From Okamejei kenojei (lineage: Eukaryota), in assembly GCA_035221665.1 (NCBI GenBank), contig CM069156.1, positions 17,360,001 to 17,424,000 of the forward strand: a stretch of 64,000 nt of DNA. Direction: 5' to 3'. Below the pieces are notes generated by a model that was not told the DNA's origin, ran no database searches, and saw nothing but the letters and a program-made list of their open reading frames with translations. A program made the translations under genes and the position numbers. The stretch's first letter is position 1. Each line of letters opens with the position of its first letter. Below are positions 15,178 to 29,480 of the stretch, one piece after another.

Positions 15178-18100
15178 TCAGGAAAATTGAGAACTTGTTC
15201 AAAATGAATGCTGCTGGAGATGCAGAATGATATAGGATTGAGTAGAGTGTTTTACCGGAACAGTTCCGCTCTCGACCCAAGGCAGACTTGATCGAAATAT
15301 GGGCCAGAGCCGACTACCTTCTCTCGACATCAAGAAGCCAGGGAAAACTAAAATGAACAGACTGCAAATAAAAAAACATTCCAGCGGTTAAAGACGCACC
15401 TTCCACAAAGGAAATTAGTTGTGATCATTACAGCCCTCGGATGTCGCCGCTGTAGTTCCTCAGGACTATAGCCTAGGCCCAATCATCTTCTCCTTCATCA
15501 AGGGCTTCCTTCCATCATAAGGTCAGAAAGGGGGACGTTTATCAATGATCGCATAATGTTGACTTGCACTTGATCAATTCTAACTCCCTGTGGCATTCAA
15601 TGGCCTTACTATCTCTGAGTTCTCCACCATCAATCTTCTGCGGCGGTGACCGCTGAATACAAAGGCAGTTGGAGCAGCCGCATAAATTCTGTGGCCACAA
15701 AAGCAGATCAGAGAGGTTGGATATCCTGCAACGAGTTACACTTTCTGACACATCCATGATCTTTCCACCACTTGTAAGGCGCAAGTCAGGAATGTAATGG
15801 AATGCAGACTGCTAGCCGAGATGAGCTCCAACACTCAAATAACTCTGCACCATCTGGGACAAAACAGCCCACTTAATTGCTAGATAACACACTTCCTAAA
15901 TCACTTTTCTCTCCCCCCTTGACATACCACAGCTGTAGAAAGTGCCATCTAAAAATGCATAGCAGTAACTTAAACAGCCACTCTGACCCACCAAGTGAAT
16001 GCCAACCGGAATTGAAAATTCATTCGTCACTAAGTCTAAATCCTGGAGTTTACTCCCCAACAGCTTTGTGGGAGTACCCTCACCAACAGGATTGAGATAG
16101 TTCAAGACAGCAGATCACTGCTACCCACTCAAAGGCATTATGGGGTGGGAATAATCATGGCCTAAGAAGTGAATAAAACCAAGTAGGAATGAAACACAAA
16201 GTGTTGGTGTAACTCGGCGGGTCAGGCAGCATCTCTGGAGAACATTGATCGGCAACACATTGGTTTGATTGTAGTAGGGGGATGGGGGGGGGGGGGGGGA
16301 AGATCGGGAGCTCAATCAGTCTGAAGAAGAGTCCCGATCCGAAAAGTCGTCCATCTATGTACTACAAAGATGATGCTTCACCCACTGAGTTACTCCAGCA
16401 CTTTGTGTTATACTAAAGGTTCCAGCAACTACAGTTCCTTATTGTCCCCATAAACAAATTGGGGGTGGGCTGCAATAATTACCGGAATAATCAAGGACAA
16501 GACTGTAGAAGATTTTAACTAAGTCCACAGACTGAACAAGGACAAGCATTGTTACAGATATAGCATCGTCACAGAGTACTGGTGAAACAGGAGTTTTAGG
16601 AACGTGTGTTCAATTCAATTCAAACCGTTCAATTCTGTTTCATGTCAGACATTGAAGATACAAACAAGCTAGTTCGGCCTGAATCAAGATGTAGATAAGG
16701 GAGGGTTGGGAAGGTTAAGAACAAATGCCCAAAATAAGCAACTGCTTTAAAAGTGAGGGCAACATGTGGCATTCACATCGCTGAAGATCACAAACCTGAA
16801 GCTGCAGTGAGTGATACCCTGCTCCTCAAGGAGCACTCTGGAATGTGGAAACTGCTCGCGATATAAAAACACATCACTGAGCAGCCTGCCGAAACTGTGG
16901 ATGCAGCTTTCGTCAAACAACATCTCTTTGCCACAAACTGTAAAGGCCGGGACAATGACAACAACATTTCCACATTTAATATTTCCATACAACATGGGAG
17001 GAGTCACTTTGGCCCACTCAATCAATGTAACTCACAGAAAAATCTCACTCCCAGCTAATTTTCCCTAATCTACTCCTTGTGTTCCCATCCATTCCACCCC
17101 ACTCCCACAAATTCTACCTCTCACACGAGGGGCGGCTTACAGTGGTTAATTAAATTACCTACCCAGACATCTTTGTGACATGGAAGGAAGCAGGAGCACA
17201 CACAGGGAGAGCATGTAAGCTCGAGACAGTGCTGGAAGTCACGAGGCAAGAGGTTTACACTATCCTGAAATATCTAAATCCCATGGCCTGACAGGCCATT
17301 TACAACTTTATTATTTTTGCTGTGAGCATGAACTCAAGTCATCATTCAACAAAAATAAATGAGTCCTCCTCACCACCCCTTGGATCTAAACTCATTAACT
17401 ATTGGAAATCCATGCTTCCTATCTACTGTTATCCCTTCCTTACTCATTGTATTAGCACAGTGGATATAACTCCAGACCCAAAGATGACAAGTAAAACTGT
17501 GAAAATGAACAAATAAATGACAATAAAAGCTGCCACATTTTTTATATCGAGCTGATGAACATACGGATAAAAATAATGTGCTCTCTGTCCTTGCAGCCTT
17601 AAATTAAATTGATTTTAATTAAGCATCCGAGGTTCTTAATCGGGCAATATGTGGTTGAAAGATTAATTGGCCGAGGGAAGAAGCAAGGGAAAACTCTAAA
17701 TAATCTCCATAACATTGTATTCTCTAAAAAAAAAAGAGTGCTAGAGTAGCTCAGCATGTCAGGAAGCAGGTCCTGTTTCAGGTCGAAATATTCCCTGTCT
17801 ATGTTCTCCAAGAATGCTGCCTGACCCACTCAGTTATCCCAGCACAGCGTGTCTTTTTTTTGTGAACCAGCATCTGCAGTTCAGGTCTTTCCACATGGTA
17901 TTCTCCCATGTTGATTGGGGAATAAAGGGAAATTGCCGAGGGAGTCACAAACATAGCAGTATCAATAAATAACAAAACGTATAAGCTGATCACAGAGCAG
18001 GTCTATGATTTCTTTCGAGCATCTGCGGTAAGATTGGATTTTGAACGCACACTGGGTAAGTCTAAAGAACACTGAATTTACACTTGTGCGGAAAACTGGT

Positions 18101-20433
18101 GGCAGAATTTGTGTCGGGGTGTTCAAGTCTCAAACTCCAAGCATCAGTAACAAGTGGGATTCTAACACACTAATTGAAAACCATCTCAAAAAGGCTACTC
18201 AAAAATGTAAAAGCTACGAGGCAATGCACAGGAACTGCATCATGTATCAATGTTTTAATCTTAGATAGAAATTAGAACGTGTGCAATTAGAACTTGTGTA
18301 TCATGAATGACTGCACACAATCACCAGTTGCAGACTGCAGGAACTGTGCAGTGCTGGTCATTAGAAGCTGAACTTTAATAGATATTCTTAGAACTTTACA
18401 ATGATGAGATTCAATTGAATTTAAGAATATATTTTTAAACCTTTCCCCCCAAAAGATAAACTAAACACCAAGATCACGGTCTTCTGTTTAGGCCATCTCT
18501 TATGTTGTACCAAGATATGTTACAAACCTGTGTGCATAATGTGGAATGACAAGACACCCCAATGCATATAAATTATGTATAAAACACTGCTGTAAAATAG
18601 GAAATTGTCCAAATGTTTCACCACTGCTGTTATCAAATTGGAATCAGTTATGCTTTGAAAGCCACTGGCAGTGGAGATCCCAAATGGGAAAGTTCCTACC
18701 ATTCAGAGTAAACCCACCAGATTTGTCAAAGTCAGGTGCAGGAAAGTGTTGTTTTTAATTCAAGATTAATTTATGATCAACCTTGCAGGTTACTACTTAA
18801 CAGCCAAGTCCATTAACATTCCCGAAATCCCAAAATTAGAGCACCTGATTAAAGTAGAATCATCTGGAAGCTCCCCGTGAAGAAGTGAAATGAAAAGAAA
18901 GGTCTGGCTGCTAACAGCAAAGAGGGAAGGATTGACCAGTCCTAAAACAAGAATTCATTGATGCTCTGAAACAACTCAGAATTAGGTGTGAAGTGGTTCT
19001 ACTAAGGCTGTATATAACAGAAATGGCAATTTTCAAAGATTCATTCAAGTTAGTTGCATTTGGTTATGGCACCCTGGAAAGACAAGTTATGGACAGTGGA
19101 AGTAAAAAAAACTGCAGCTCAAAATCTGAAATAAGAACAAACAAGTGCTGGAAACACTCAGCAGATCAGACAGGATCTGTGGAAAGGGAAACAGTTAGTA
19201 TTTTAGGCCAGGGACCCATCAGTGGAACTGAATTATCTTTTCACAAATACTGCGTGACCCATCAAACATTTCTTATTGTCCCCATTAGTTATTATATCAG
19301 TGAAAGACAAATTTAAAAAACAAATTTGTAACCGAAATATACCACCTACAGGAGAAGTTTGCGTTCTCATGTTTTAAAGAGGGCATCATGTCATTTTCCT
19401 GCAGGTTTTTTACGAGTATTTATCACTCAAGCAACATCAATAAAAATCAGTTCGTTTGCACATATCTCTGTGTAAAACCTTGCTATATTACTGACATTAC
19501 AAACTTGACTTTATTCAAAGTGCTTTGCAGCCACTTTATTGGTTGTAAACCACCTTGCAATATCCCAAGTTGGGAAAAAAACTTTCTCACAGCTGAACAC
19601 AAACTGAGCTACATAATAGGTTTGATTTTTGATATACCTAATAATGGGCAAGTACAGTGGGGTCCTATTCAAAATAGTGACGTTATCACAGAGGCAATAA
19701 AAATACAATGAAAGTCCTGAGCAGGAAGAAGAGTGAGCAATCTCAGCAGTGACTCCGGTGAGCAATAAGTATTTTTATTAAAATTACTTAGTTGGTAGAA
19801 AACAAATGTAATAAAACAATAAACCTGGGAATTTGAGTTTAGTTTATGGCCACGTGTGTACCGAAGTACAGTGAAATGCTGTACAGAGGGACTCCACATG
19901 TGTCCCATAGAAAATAAATTTATCAAAATACCTGCCCAGCAGCCCAGATATCCTCAGTAACCTTCCTCTCGAGTCACGTTTATCCATTTAATCCTCAATA
20001 ACAGCCTCCAATCAGGGTGACTTTTAGTGGCTCAATGGGAAATAGTATGAACCTGAAGAGTTATTCACTTCATAGAAATATCCTGCCACTGCCAATAGTA
20101 CTGAAATATTCACTCTCAACTCAACCAAATACCATTCCCTTTCAAACACAATATCATTCTACCACCCAAAGCATAACTAACAACATAGCTGAATTCTTAA
20201 TTTGATCCAGTTATATGGATGCATGAGAATCAAACAGATTCCTAGCTGGAAAAAGTGTCAAGAGTGTTTTATTGTCATATGTCCCAGATAGAACAATGAC
20301 ATTCTTACTTGCTGCAGCCCTGCAGAATATCTAAACATAGTACATTGTAAACAATATAATAAACAAGAGAGACAAAAGTTCAGTATAAGGAGATATATAT
20401 ATATATATATATATACACAAACACAAACACATA

Positions 20434-20630
20434 CAGTGTCCTCCATAATGTTTGGGACAAAGACCCATCATTTATTTATTTGCCACTTTACTCCACAATT
20501 TGAGATTTGTAATAGAAAAAAATCACATGTGGTTAAAGTGCACATTGTCACATTGTCAGATTTTAATAAAGGCAATTTTTATACATTTTGCTTTCACCAT
20601 GTAGAAATTACAGCTGCGTTTATACATCAG
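20434..20630. mobile_element. Tc1/mariner terminal fragment
   Basis: TA|CAGTGTCCTCCATAATGTTTGGGACA, a typical Tc1 ITR start. Confidence 0.7.
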
Positions 20631-21387
20631 GTTCATCAGTACTGGTGTAAAGTGTATCTCTGCTGCGTTAGATATCTTCTGCCAAACCATCACCTCTAAT
20701 CAAGTACAAGTTTTTATTTCTCTCCTTGTCCTTTAACAACAACTGTATAAGAAGAATGTGTTGGAAGGAACAGCCGTTGCTGGTTTACACTAACAAAAGA
20801 CACAATTGGAGTAACCCAGCGGGTCAGGCAGCATCTCGAGAGAAAAGGAATAGGTGAGGTTTTGGATCAAGACCCTTCTTCAGAGGTTGGTGGATGTTTT
20901 AAGGTACTTTTAAATGCCAGAAAGCAGTGAGGATGATGATACTGACTTCATCGCCAAAGTGGCGAGGAACTTGTTCCCAACTAGGTCAGAAATCCTATCA
21001 AAGGCAGAAGGTGTCTTTAAAACAAATTATTTTGTCTTTGTGTTCTCCTGTGTAGCTTTTTATGCACTGTTCAAGTGAACATGTGGCGGTATACAAAAGG
21101 AGTTGAGAGATTTAGTGAGAGGAGGCGGGGGGGTGGGGGAAATGCGAGGTACAACGGAAGGCTTGTGGGGGTAAACTGTCTGGACAATACTTGAAGAATG
21201 TGGACAACTCTTCTCCTCCCTTGTGATCTTACAAACCAAGGTAGGAGGACGCATAGATGTGAATCCCTCCTTCCCAGAGTCTAGGGACCCATGACAATTT
21301 TCTCCATTGGCTTTGTGCAGTATCAGCACAGGCAGTATGTGACACTAGAGTTTTAACATGCCCATGCATATGCAAACAGAATTAATT

Positions 21388-22629
21388 TTGTATAATATTT
21401 TTATTAGAAGTAATCCATCATAACAACGGTATAACAACTTTTCAAATACACAACCAACTTATTTCAATAGGTATACGAATGTTACGAATAATTCTTATAA
21501 ACTTCTATTTTTTTAGAAAGTAGAAAAAGAAAAGAATAGATTTTAATCAATAAGAATAGTGATTAAATAATAATTTTGATTATATAGAAAGAGAAAGAGG
21601 AGAGAAAAAAAATGTATATATTCTTGTTATATATATTTAATTAAAACAAAGTATTATATATATATTAAAAAAAGAGATTATAGTATACATCTTAATAGTG
21701 AATAACACAATTACAAATAGCGATATCAATAGAGACATGTATACAAATCAAAAAAAAAAACAGAGTTATTTTCATCTAATCCTGCCGGGTACCCATTGTG
21801 TTGTGATGCCAAGAACAGCTACCCCTTCAAATATTCTGTATATGGAGACCATATCTGTTCAATTAGTTCATATTTGTCCATTAGGACAAATCTGATTCTT
21901 TCCAAATGCAACGTCTCCAACATTTCCACTGTCCACATTTTAATTGTGGGGGATAATGTTCCCTTCCAAAATTTCAGTATTAATTTTTTCCCTGTTATCA
22001 AACAGTAATCCAAGAAATTTCTTTGGTTTACCGTTAATATTAAATTTGAATCCGGAACACCTAATATTATTAATTTTGGATCTGGGTCCAGTTTAATTTT
22101 AAGAACTTCAGAGATAACTCTAAAGATTTCTGTCCAATAATAATTGAGTTTTATACATGTTACAAAACTATGCGTTAAATTAGCTTCCAAGTTCTGACAT
22201 TTATCACAAATAGGAGAAATGTTAGGATAAATTCTATTTAATTTCGTTTTTGAATAATGTAATCTGTGTAATACCTTAAATTGTATCAATATATGTCTAG
22301 CATTTAATGAGCAATGATGTATACGTTGTAGGCTTTCTTCCCAAATTTCCTTCGTTTAGATAAACCTATTTCATTTTCCCATGTTTGTCGATATATTTCC
22401 GAAGTTGGGATTTCCCTATCCAAAATAGTATTGTATATATACGCTATTAATTTTTCTGTATTTGGGTGTTTATTAAACAATTCATCTAATAATCCTGGTT
22501 TTCTATTTTTATAGTCTTGCATATTTGACTTAATATAGTTTCTAATTTGTAAATACCTAAATATGTTATTTGACTGCAATTCATAGACATCCTGTAACTC
22601 TTGAAATTAAAGAAATTTTCCTTTCTTGT
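21388..22629 (-). mobile_element. 5'-truncated L1 (fish-type) LINE: ORF2 C-terminus and AT-rich 3'UTR
   Basis: IQFKVLHRLHYSKTKLNRIYPNISPICDKCQNLEANLTHSFVTC (L1 ORF2 CCHC); AATAAA near 21400; 12-bp TSD ACAGAATTAATT at 21376-21387 and 22630-22641. Confidence 0.9.
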
Positions 22630-23214
22630 ACAGAATTAATTGTGTTGGACCCAACTTTTAAAATGAAAAGAACCAGAAGCATCAAATGCACTCAGGTCGA
22701 ACAGTGCCTTTCAAGGGGAGAAAAAGCACCTTTGGAAACAAATTCCAAAGTCACGTCCACAGCAACAAAAAAAGATGGGGCCGCAGACCAAGTGCAAGTC
22801 TTTAAATTCCAGCATATTCCAGGACTGCTGTTATGATTATTCTTCTGTTGTTCACAAAGACCAAAATGTTTACCGAAAAACCCAAACCTTATTCTTCCTA
22901 CCACATGACAACATTTTGGACGAGGCAACAACATTGAAATTACATCCTTACACTACCTCAAAGCATGCAAATAGCAGACCATCACTGGCAAACCACCAAA
23001 TTTGATTCCTCAACAAGCAACCCTGTGTTATTTATGCCACATGCACAATTATTTCCAACAATATTCCTGCTGCTGTGGAATTTATCAACACATCTAGGGA
23101 TAAGGACTTAGTCCTAAAGAACATGAATCGCCAAACTATCATAAAGCCAGAAGTCCGATGCTCACTAATGATGCTACATAATAGGTTTGATTATGCAGAT
23201 TCTCAGCAGATAAG

Positions 23215-23775
23215 TTCATATGTTCATAAATGATAGGAGCAGAATTAAGCCATTCGGCCCATCAAGTATACTCCATCATTCAATCATGGCTGAACTATCT
23301 CTCCTTCCTAACCCCATTCTCCTGCCTTAACTCATGGCACCCATACTAAACAAGAATCTATCTATCTCTGCCTTAAAATATCAATTGACGGCCTCCACAG
23401 CCTTCTATGGCAATTAATTCCACAGATTCACCACCCTCTGACATAAGAAATTCCTCCTCATCTCCTTCCTAAAGAAACGTCCTTTTATTCTGAGGTAATG
23501 ACCTCTGGTCCTAGACTCTCCCACTAGTGGAAACATTTTCTCCTCATCCACTCTATCCAGGCCTTTTACTATTCGGTGAGTTTCTGTGTGGTCTTCCCTC
23601 ATCCTTCTAAACTCCAGCGAGTAGAGGCACAGTGCCGTCAAGCGCGCATCATATGTTAACCCACTCATTCCTGAGATCATTCCCGTAAATGCCCTCTGGA
23701 CCCTCTCCAGAGCCAGCATGGTCTTCCACAGATATGGGGGCCAAAATTGTTCGCAATATTCAAAATGCGGCCCGA
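23215..23775 (-). mobile_element. CR1 LINE 3' fragment
   Basis: HFEYCEQFWPPY..LALERVQRAFTGMI..LYSLEFRRMREDHTETHRIVKGLDRVD..ESRTRGH; CR1 3'UTR. Confidence 0.9.
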
Positions 23776-24489
23776 TGAAGCAGCCCGCTCTTGCATTCAG
23801 CAGGATGTAGGCAGCAGTTAAACCAGGGATGATTTGTGGTAAGTAAAATAGGCCCCTTAAAATTACCAACAATCGCCATCTCCAACAACGGACTCCAATC
23901 TCCAACCGTTAATATTCAGTGGCATTACTATCACCAAGTACAACACCGCCAACACTTTGGGTGCCAATGCTGAGTAGAAATGTAACTGTTGGAGTCACAT
24001 AAATAGTCTCTTCCCAATAAATCTCTCAACTTCTTTCCAATACCACCACATGAACCCTTAAGCAAGTCATAAAAATACAATACTATAGCGGGCTGCAGCT
24101 CACCCACTATTTCCCAAGGGCAATTTGGGAAAATTACATTTTTTTTAAATGAACAAAAAAGGATCAATGTTTTGCGAAATTGCCACAACAGTGGCTGCTA
24201 TGGGTCTTAACATCAAGCCAGATGCTGAAAACCATGCGACTATCAAACTTTAGAAGGGGAAATCACACAAGGAAACTGCAAACCACATTACCTGGCCACA
24301 AACCTTCTACCATGCCAGCACAAGGATCATTACAAATACTGTTTCTGATGCATAGCACCAGCTATGGTACCTCTTTACTATAGCTATCAACATGATTCTG
24401 ATACACTCCCCCGAGAATGTGCTATTCTCATTTCAAATTGCTTCGGTCAGATCTGGCCCAGCACATCAAATGCAAAACATAATTATTTG

Positions 24490-24697
24490 TTTGTAGGAAA
24501 GAACTGCAGATGCTGGTTTACGCTGAAGATAGACACAAAATGCTGGAGTAACAAAGCGGGTCAGGCAGCATCTGGGGAGAAAAGGAATAGGTGACGTTTC
24601 AGGTCGAGACCCGAAACCTGAGTCTGAAGATGGCTCCCTCTTCTCCAGAGATGCTGCTTGACCCGCTGAGTTACTCCAGCATTTCATGTCTATCTTG
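24490..24697. repeat. Head-to-head (fold-back) pair of the Penelope-derived short repeat
   Basis: AAGATAGACACAAAATGCTGGAGTAAC..GGTCAGGCAGCATCT is mirrored by AGATGCTGCTTGACC..GTTACTCCAGCATTTCATGTCTATCTT. Confidence 0.8.
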
Positions 24698-25161
24698 ATG
24701 CAGTTTGGCATTGCTCATATGGTATGCTATTTTATTGATGGGAGGAGACCTATGCTGAGCCTGAATATTAGCACTGATTACAGAAAGGACAAAATACATG
24801 ATGTGGTGTTCATATTTCCAATAACTGTACATAGGAACAAGAGCTTTAATGTAATACTCTATATTATTCTGTTACACTGTCCTTTAAATAACCCGACTGA
24901 TTATTCGATATTAAGAAAAGTAGGAGCGTAATCCATGTTTTGATAGGGAACTCAGCAAACTGAAATACTGTCCTGTTTCAGCTGGATAACAGAGACATGA
25001 AATAAATACCCCTTTTTGTAATTGTTTTAAGTTTGTTTTATTCTGTGACAGAGGGTAATGAACTGATTTGTGTTCAGAAAGGAAGAAAATTCATGCAGAT
25101 ACGAATTGCAAGCTGAAGCAATAGAACATGAAGAAGAACTATGGCAAGGCAGTTCCTGATA

Positions 25162-25261
25162 CAAGAGGAACTTTTCCCCAAAGATTAATGCTTATTTCCC
25201 CAAGAGGAACTTTTCCCCAAAGTTAATGCTTATTTCCCCAATTGGGGAAATAAGCATTAAC
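25162..25261. repeat. 39-bp tandem duplication ending in a perfect 40-bp palindrome
   Basis: Units 25162-25200 and 25201-25238; palindrome GTTAATGCTTATTTCCCCAA|TTGGGGAAATAAGCATTAAC at 25222-25261. Confidence 0.95.
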
Positions 25262-26833
25262 AGCTGCAGTTCTTAACTGATAAAAGGAAACCTGCGACAT
25301 GCGTCATTTTTTCTTTAATTATTCATGGATCTTTGTCATGTCAGCAACTCGTTCATAGTTTCAGCCATTAAATGACATGGGAGAAAAACAAGGAACAATG
25401 TGCAAGGTTTCAGCGAGGTGGAGCTGGAATTCAAAAGCAGCTGAAATCGAAACCAAAAAAACGGCCTTGCTGCTGCCATCTGAACAGACATTTCATCACA
25501 GACACAATTCTTCATTCATACAAATTGCATTGGTGTAGTGTAAAGCATTTGTTGGGACACATTTCTACTAGGAAACTTTGTTGATCAGATTCACACAATG
25601 GATATTCATTTCCACGATGCTGGGGTTAATGGAATACCATAATTTATGACCTCCTACAAATCTTCAAAAGATGGTGGTGGTCTACCACATTACTTGCACA
25701 GAAGGTCCACCCATGGAGCTGTAGGCAATGTTCCAGGACTTTAACCTCACAACCATAAACAAAAGTTGGGAAGATGGGCGGATTGAGCCGGAAAACAGAG
25801 TCAATGTTATTCCCATGCACCAACTGGCCTTGCTCTACCATGCTTTTGAGATTCTACTGAAGCCATGATGAGTTCAAATAATGCTTACACTCAACTGCCA
25901 ATATCTTCTGGAGATGATGGAATAAATGTTTACGGAGTACGACAGAACATTGGCTGCCTGGATCTCGATGGGGTTGTGGGAGTTAAACTCACTTTGGCAA
26001 AAAGAGAGTAATCATCACACTTTAGACGTGCTTTTTGGGTGGTGGAAAGACCCAGTCAAATGTCGAGCCTCAACCCACTGCATGTTGTTGATACTATATG
26101 CCTAGCAGTTTCAGGTTAATGTCAACCCGCAGGATGTGGACGTGGGTAATGTGACATTGGTAATGCTGCTGAATGTCAAGGAGAGCTGTTTAGGTCTCTT
26201 CTTGGAGATGGCCTTTGCCCACTACACATCTGCCATGAACATTATTTGCAGCGTCATATCAAGGCTGGATGTTGTCCAGATTTTGCTGGACATACCACCA
26301 CTGCTTCATTTTTTGATAAGTTGTAAATGAAACAGAATGAATTGTAATTAGTCAGTTTGCAATCAGTCAATATCCCAACATCTGACCTTATGATGGATTG
26401 AAGATATTAAAGAAGAAAGAAGTAGGAAAGTTATCAAAAGTTTAAAATCAGTGAAGTAGGCTTTAATTGCATCTCGGGACAAGAAAGATCAGGAAGATTC
26501 AGGGAGGGTGACAGCATTTTAGTCCAAGCCGTCTAAAACACAGACCACCAGCAATGAAGCACTGAAACTCAATTATGCTCTCAGACAGAACTGGAGAAGA
26601 TCACATATCAAGAATGGAGGATAGTAGTCTGAAGAATGATCTCGACCCGAAACATCACCCATTCCTTCTCTCCAGAAATGCTGCCTGTCCCGTTGAGTTA
26701 CTCCAGCATTTTGTGTCAATCTTCGATTTAAACCAGCATCTGCAGTTCTTTCCTACACATGGAGGATATTACGTTTAGTGCAAGGCTATACAGATGAGAT
26801 ATTTTTAAAAAATCACACGATTGAGTAGAAGTT

Positions 26834-27000
26834 ACATAGAAAGATAGAAAATAGGTGCAGGAGTGGGCCATTCGGCCCTTCGAGCCAGCACCGCCATTCA
26901 ATATGATCATGGCTGATCATCCGTACAAACAGTACCCCGTTCCTGCTTTCTCCCCATATCCTTTGATCCCATTAACCCTAAGAGCTATATCCAACTCTCT
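26834..27000 (-). mobile_element. CR1 3' end
   Basis: Reverse complement of the 14408-14640 tail. Confidence 0.8.
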
Positions 27001-29462
27001 CGAGTTAGTTATGAAGAGTAGCAGAAATACAATCGGAAATCTGAAAATAAAATGTTTATTTGATATAGTTGAACTCAATGTTAAGGCTGTAACATGTCTA
27101 GTAAGGAGATAATATGATGTATCTTTGAGTCTCAGTTCCTTTCTTCAGATTTGCTGTTGAACTTCTATTTCCAGTATTCATCGTTTTATGGGAAACTAAT
27201 TTAAAAGCTGCATAAACTACATGCTATTTTACAATGTCCAATCCCTAGTTTAAGTATAACAAAAGTTTGTCATTTAGATTTGGGATCAAATGTTAAGAGA
27301 GCCACTGCTGGGGCAAAATATCTAAAAGGATATTGATTCCTGCAGTTAGACACAAAATGCTGGAGTATCTCAGTGGGACAGGCAGCATCTCTGGTGAGAA
27401 GGAATGGGTGACGTTTCGGATCAAGACCCTTCTTCAGACCGGTTCTTGCTGAGCTCTTTTTCATCAACAGGAGGCACTATTCTCAAGGGTCATTAATGAC
27501 CCCTTGCGGCAGTAACCAGTAACCAATAATAAACACATGGATTTTCATAACTTGCTCAAAGACAATACAGATGATGGATTTTTTTTTAATGGAAGTGTCA
27601 GCCAACAGAAGAAAAAAGTAGACAATTAGCCACATGATTACATTTATGGCCACAAAATAGTGGAGATAGTCCCTTAAAGTTTCGCATGTACCTCCACAAA
27701 TTGTGGCCTCAACAATGACAAATCAAAAATTACTCTTCAAGTGTCAGCTTGGTTTTAAACTTCACACCGACAGAGGATTTAACTTACACGTATAACATAG
27801 ATTTGAGAGCAGAATGGATTTTTGATATCAGCATCAAGGACAAGTTGTTAAACGTCCAATACTCAGAAGTGAAGATTACCTGGCAGTATTAAAAGAATCC
27901 TGTACTTCAAATATCCCAACCACCATTCACCGCTCAATCAACACTACTAAAACACAAGAACTGTCATTTTCTTATGCTTAAAGCATTGCCAGATACATTT
28001 ATATGTCATAATCATAAGCAGTATAGAATCTATATGAAGAGTTATGGGAGAATGATTTTGAACTGTAATAAAATACTCTATAGATTCAAAATTCCTTACT
28101 CAACAGTGTTGGTGTTCACAGTTCAACATACCCATTGTCAAAGATGTAAGTTAAAATTAGGAGCCCTGACTTTTATTGTAAAAGTCAAAAGAAGCACATC
28201 AAAAAGCTCTGAGGAAAGAAGTAGGCAGACAAGGTGTCAGGTTGACACCCTTCTTCTGCCCACATGTGGGGTCTTGACCCGAAATGTCGACTGTCCACTT
28301 CCCTCCACAGATGCTGCATGACCCGCTGAGTTAGTCCAGCCACTCTCCTATTTTGCTTCACATTCCAGCAATTGCAGTGTCCTGTGCCTTCATTAAAAGC
28401 TTATACTTGGTTTTCAAGTCCACACTGCAGAGTGAAGGCCCCGAAGGGAAACTTTGCCTATCTATGTCCTCCAGAGATGCTGCCTGACCCGCTGAATTAT
28501 TCCAGCACTGAGTTCTACGCAAGATTCCAGTATCTACAGTCCCTTCTGTCTCTACCACTTCCTTTAATCAGGAAAATACTAACATGCAATGGAGTTTGTA
28601 ATTTACTGAGTGAGCCACAAACACACTTTACAAGTTTTATGAACTGTCCTTCCTGAATAAAATCACATTAGAATTTGATAAACATCCACTGATTCGAATC
28701 TCCCAATGTGAGGAGCTCCCAACTACAACAGCCTTTAAAAAACATGCTCTGCTGAAATAAATCCCAAGATAGATTTTTGATCAAATGTTGAGGCAGCAAC
28801 AGCAGTATTTGCATTCAAGAGTGAGTGTGGCAGATGGGGGAGGGAAGGACAGGAGGAAACACTCCACACAATGTACTCAGACTGTGGGCAAACTCATGCT
28901 AAACAGGGCTCTCCCCGACTGCCAGCAGAAGCTCGCTGATACACTAGGTTATTCAGTGATCGAAGCCAGTGAACATTATACAACCAAACACAAACACCAT
29001 TGCATACCATGCTGAGAAGTGACTGCTTTCACTTGTGGATTAACCCAGTAAGCTCTCCCTGATATTGCCACATCTGTCCAGTCATCAGTTTTGCACTTAG
29101 GATGTTTCTCATAAAAAGGCAAAAGGCTTTACTCGACTGTACCAGGATATACATTTACAAAATGTAAATTATACATGCTGTCTCCTCATCATCCAGCCTT
29201 ATCGACCTAACCAGCAATGCTAACAAAACCTTCAACGGTGCTTTTCTCTGCAGCTGCCTTTTTCACATTTGTATGTATGTAAACTAGTCAGTCCCACATA
29301 ACAAAAGCTGCAACATTTCAAATCATGAAGGCTAACATTGCATTCTCCAGGTATTTAGTGCTGTTCAATAGATTCTCAGCTGGGGACAGGGGGGTGGGGG
29401 AGGGGAGGAGGGAAATCTCTCGTTTCTGATCTTTTCCCCTCCTATCAGTTGCACAAACTTAC

Positions 29463-29480
29463 CGTTTTCCCAATATCCAT
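29463..29480 (-). CDS. Candidate first coding exon (MDIGKT) of an unidentified host gene
   Basis: Strong Kozak CCACAATGG, six codons, perfect phase-0 donor ACG|GTAAGT; ~1 kb of TE-free, promoter/5'UTR-like sequence upstream. Confidence 0.4.
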
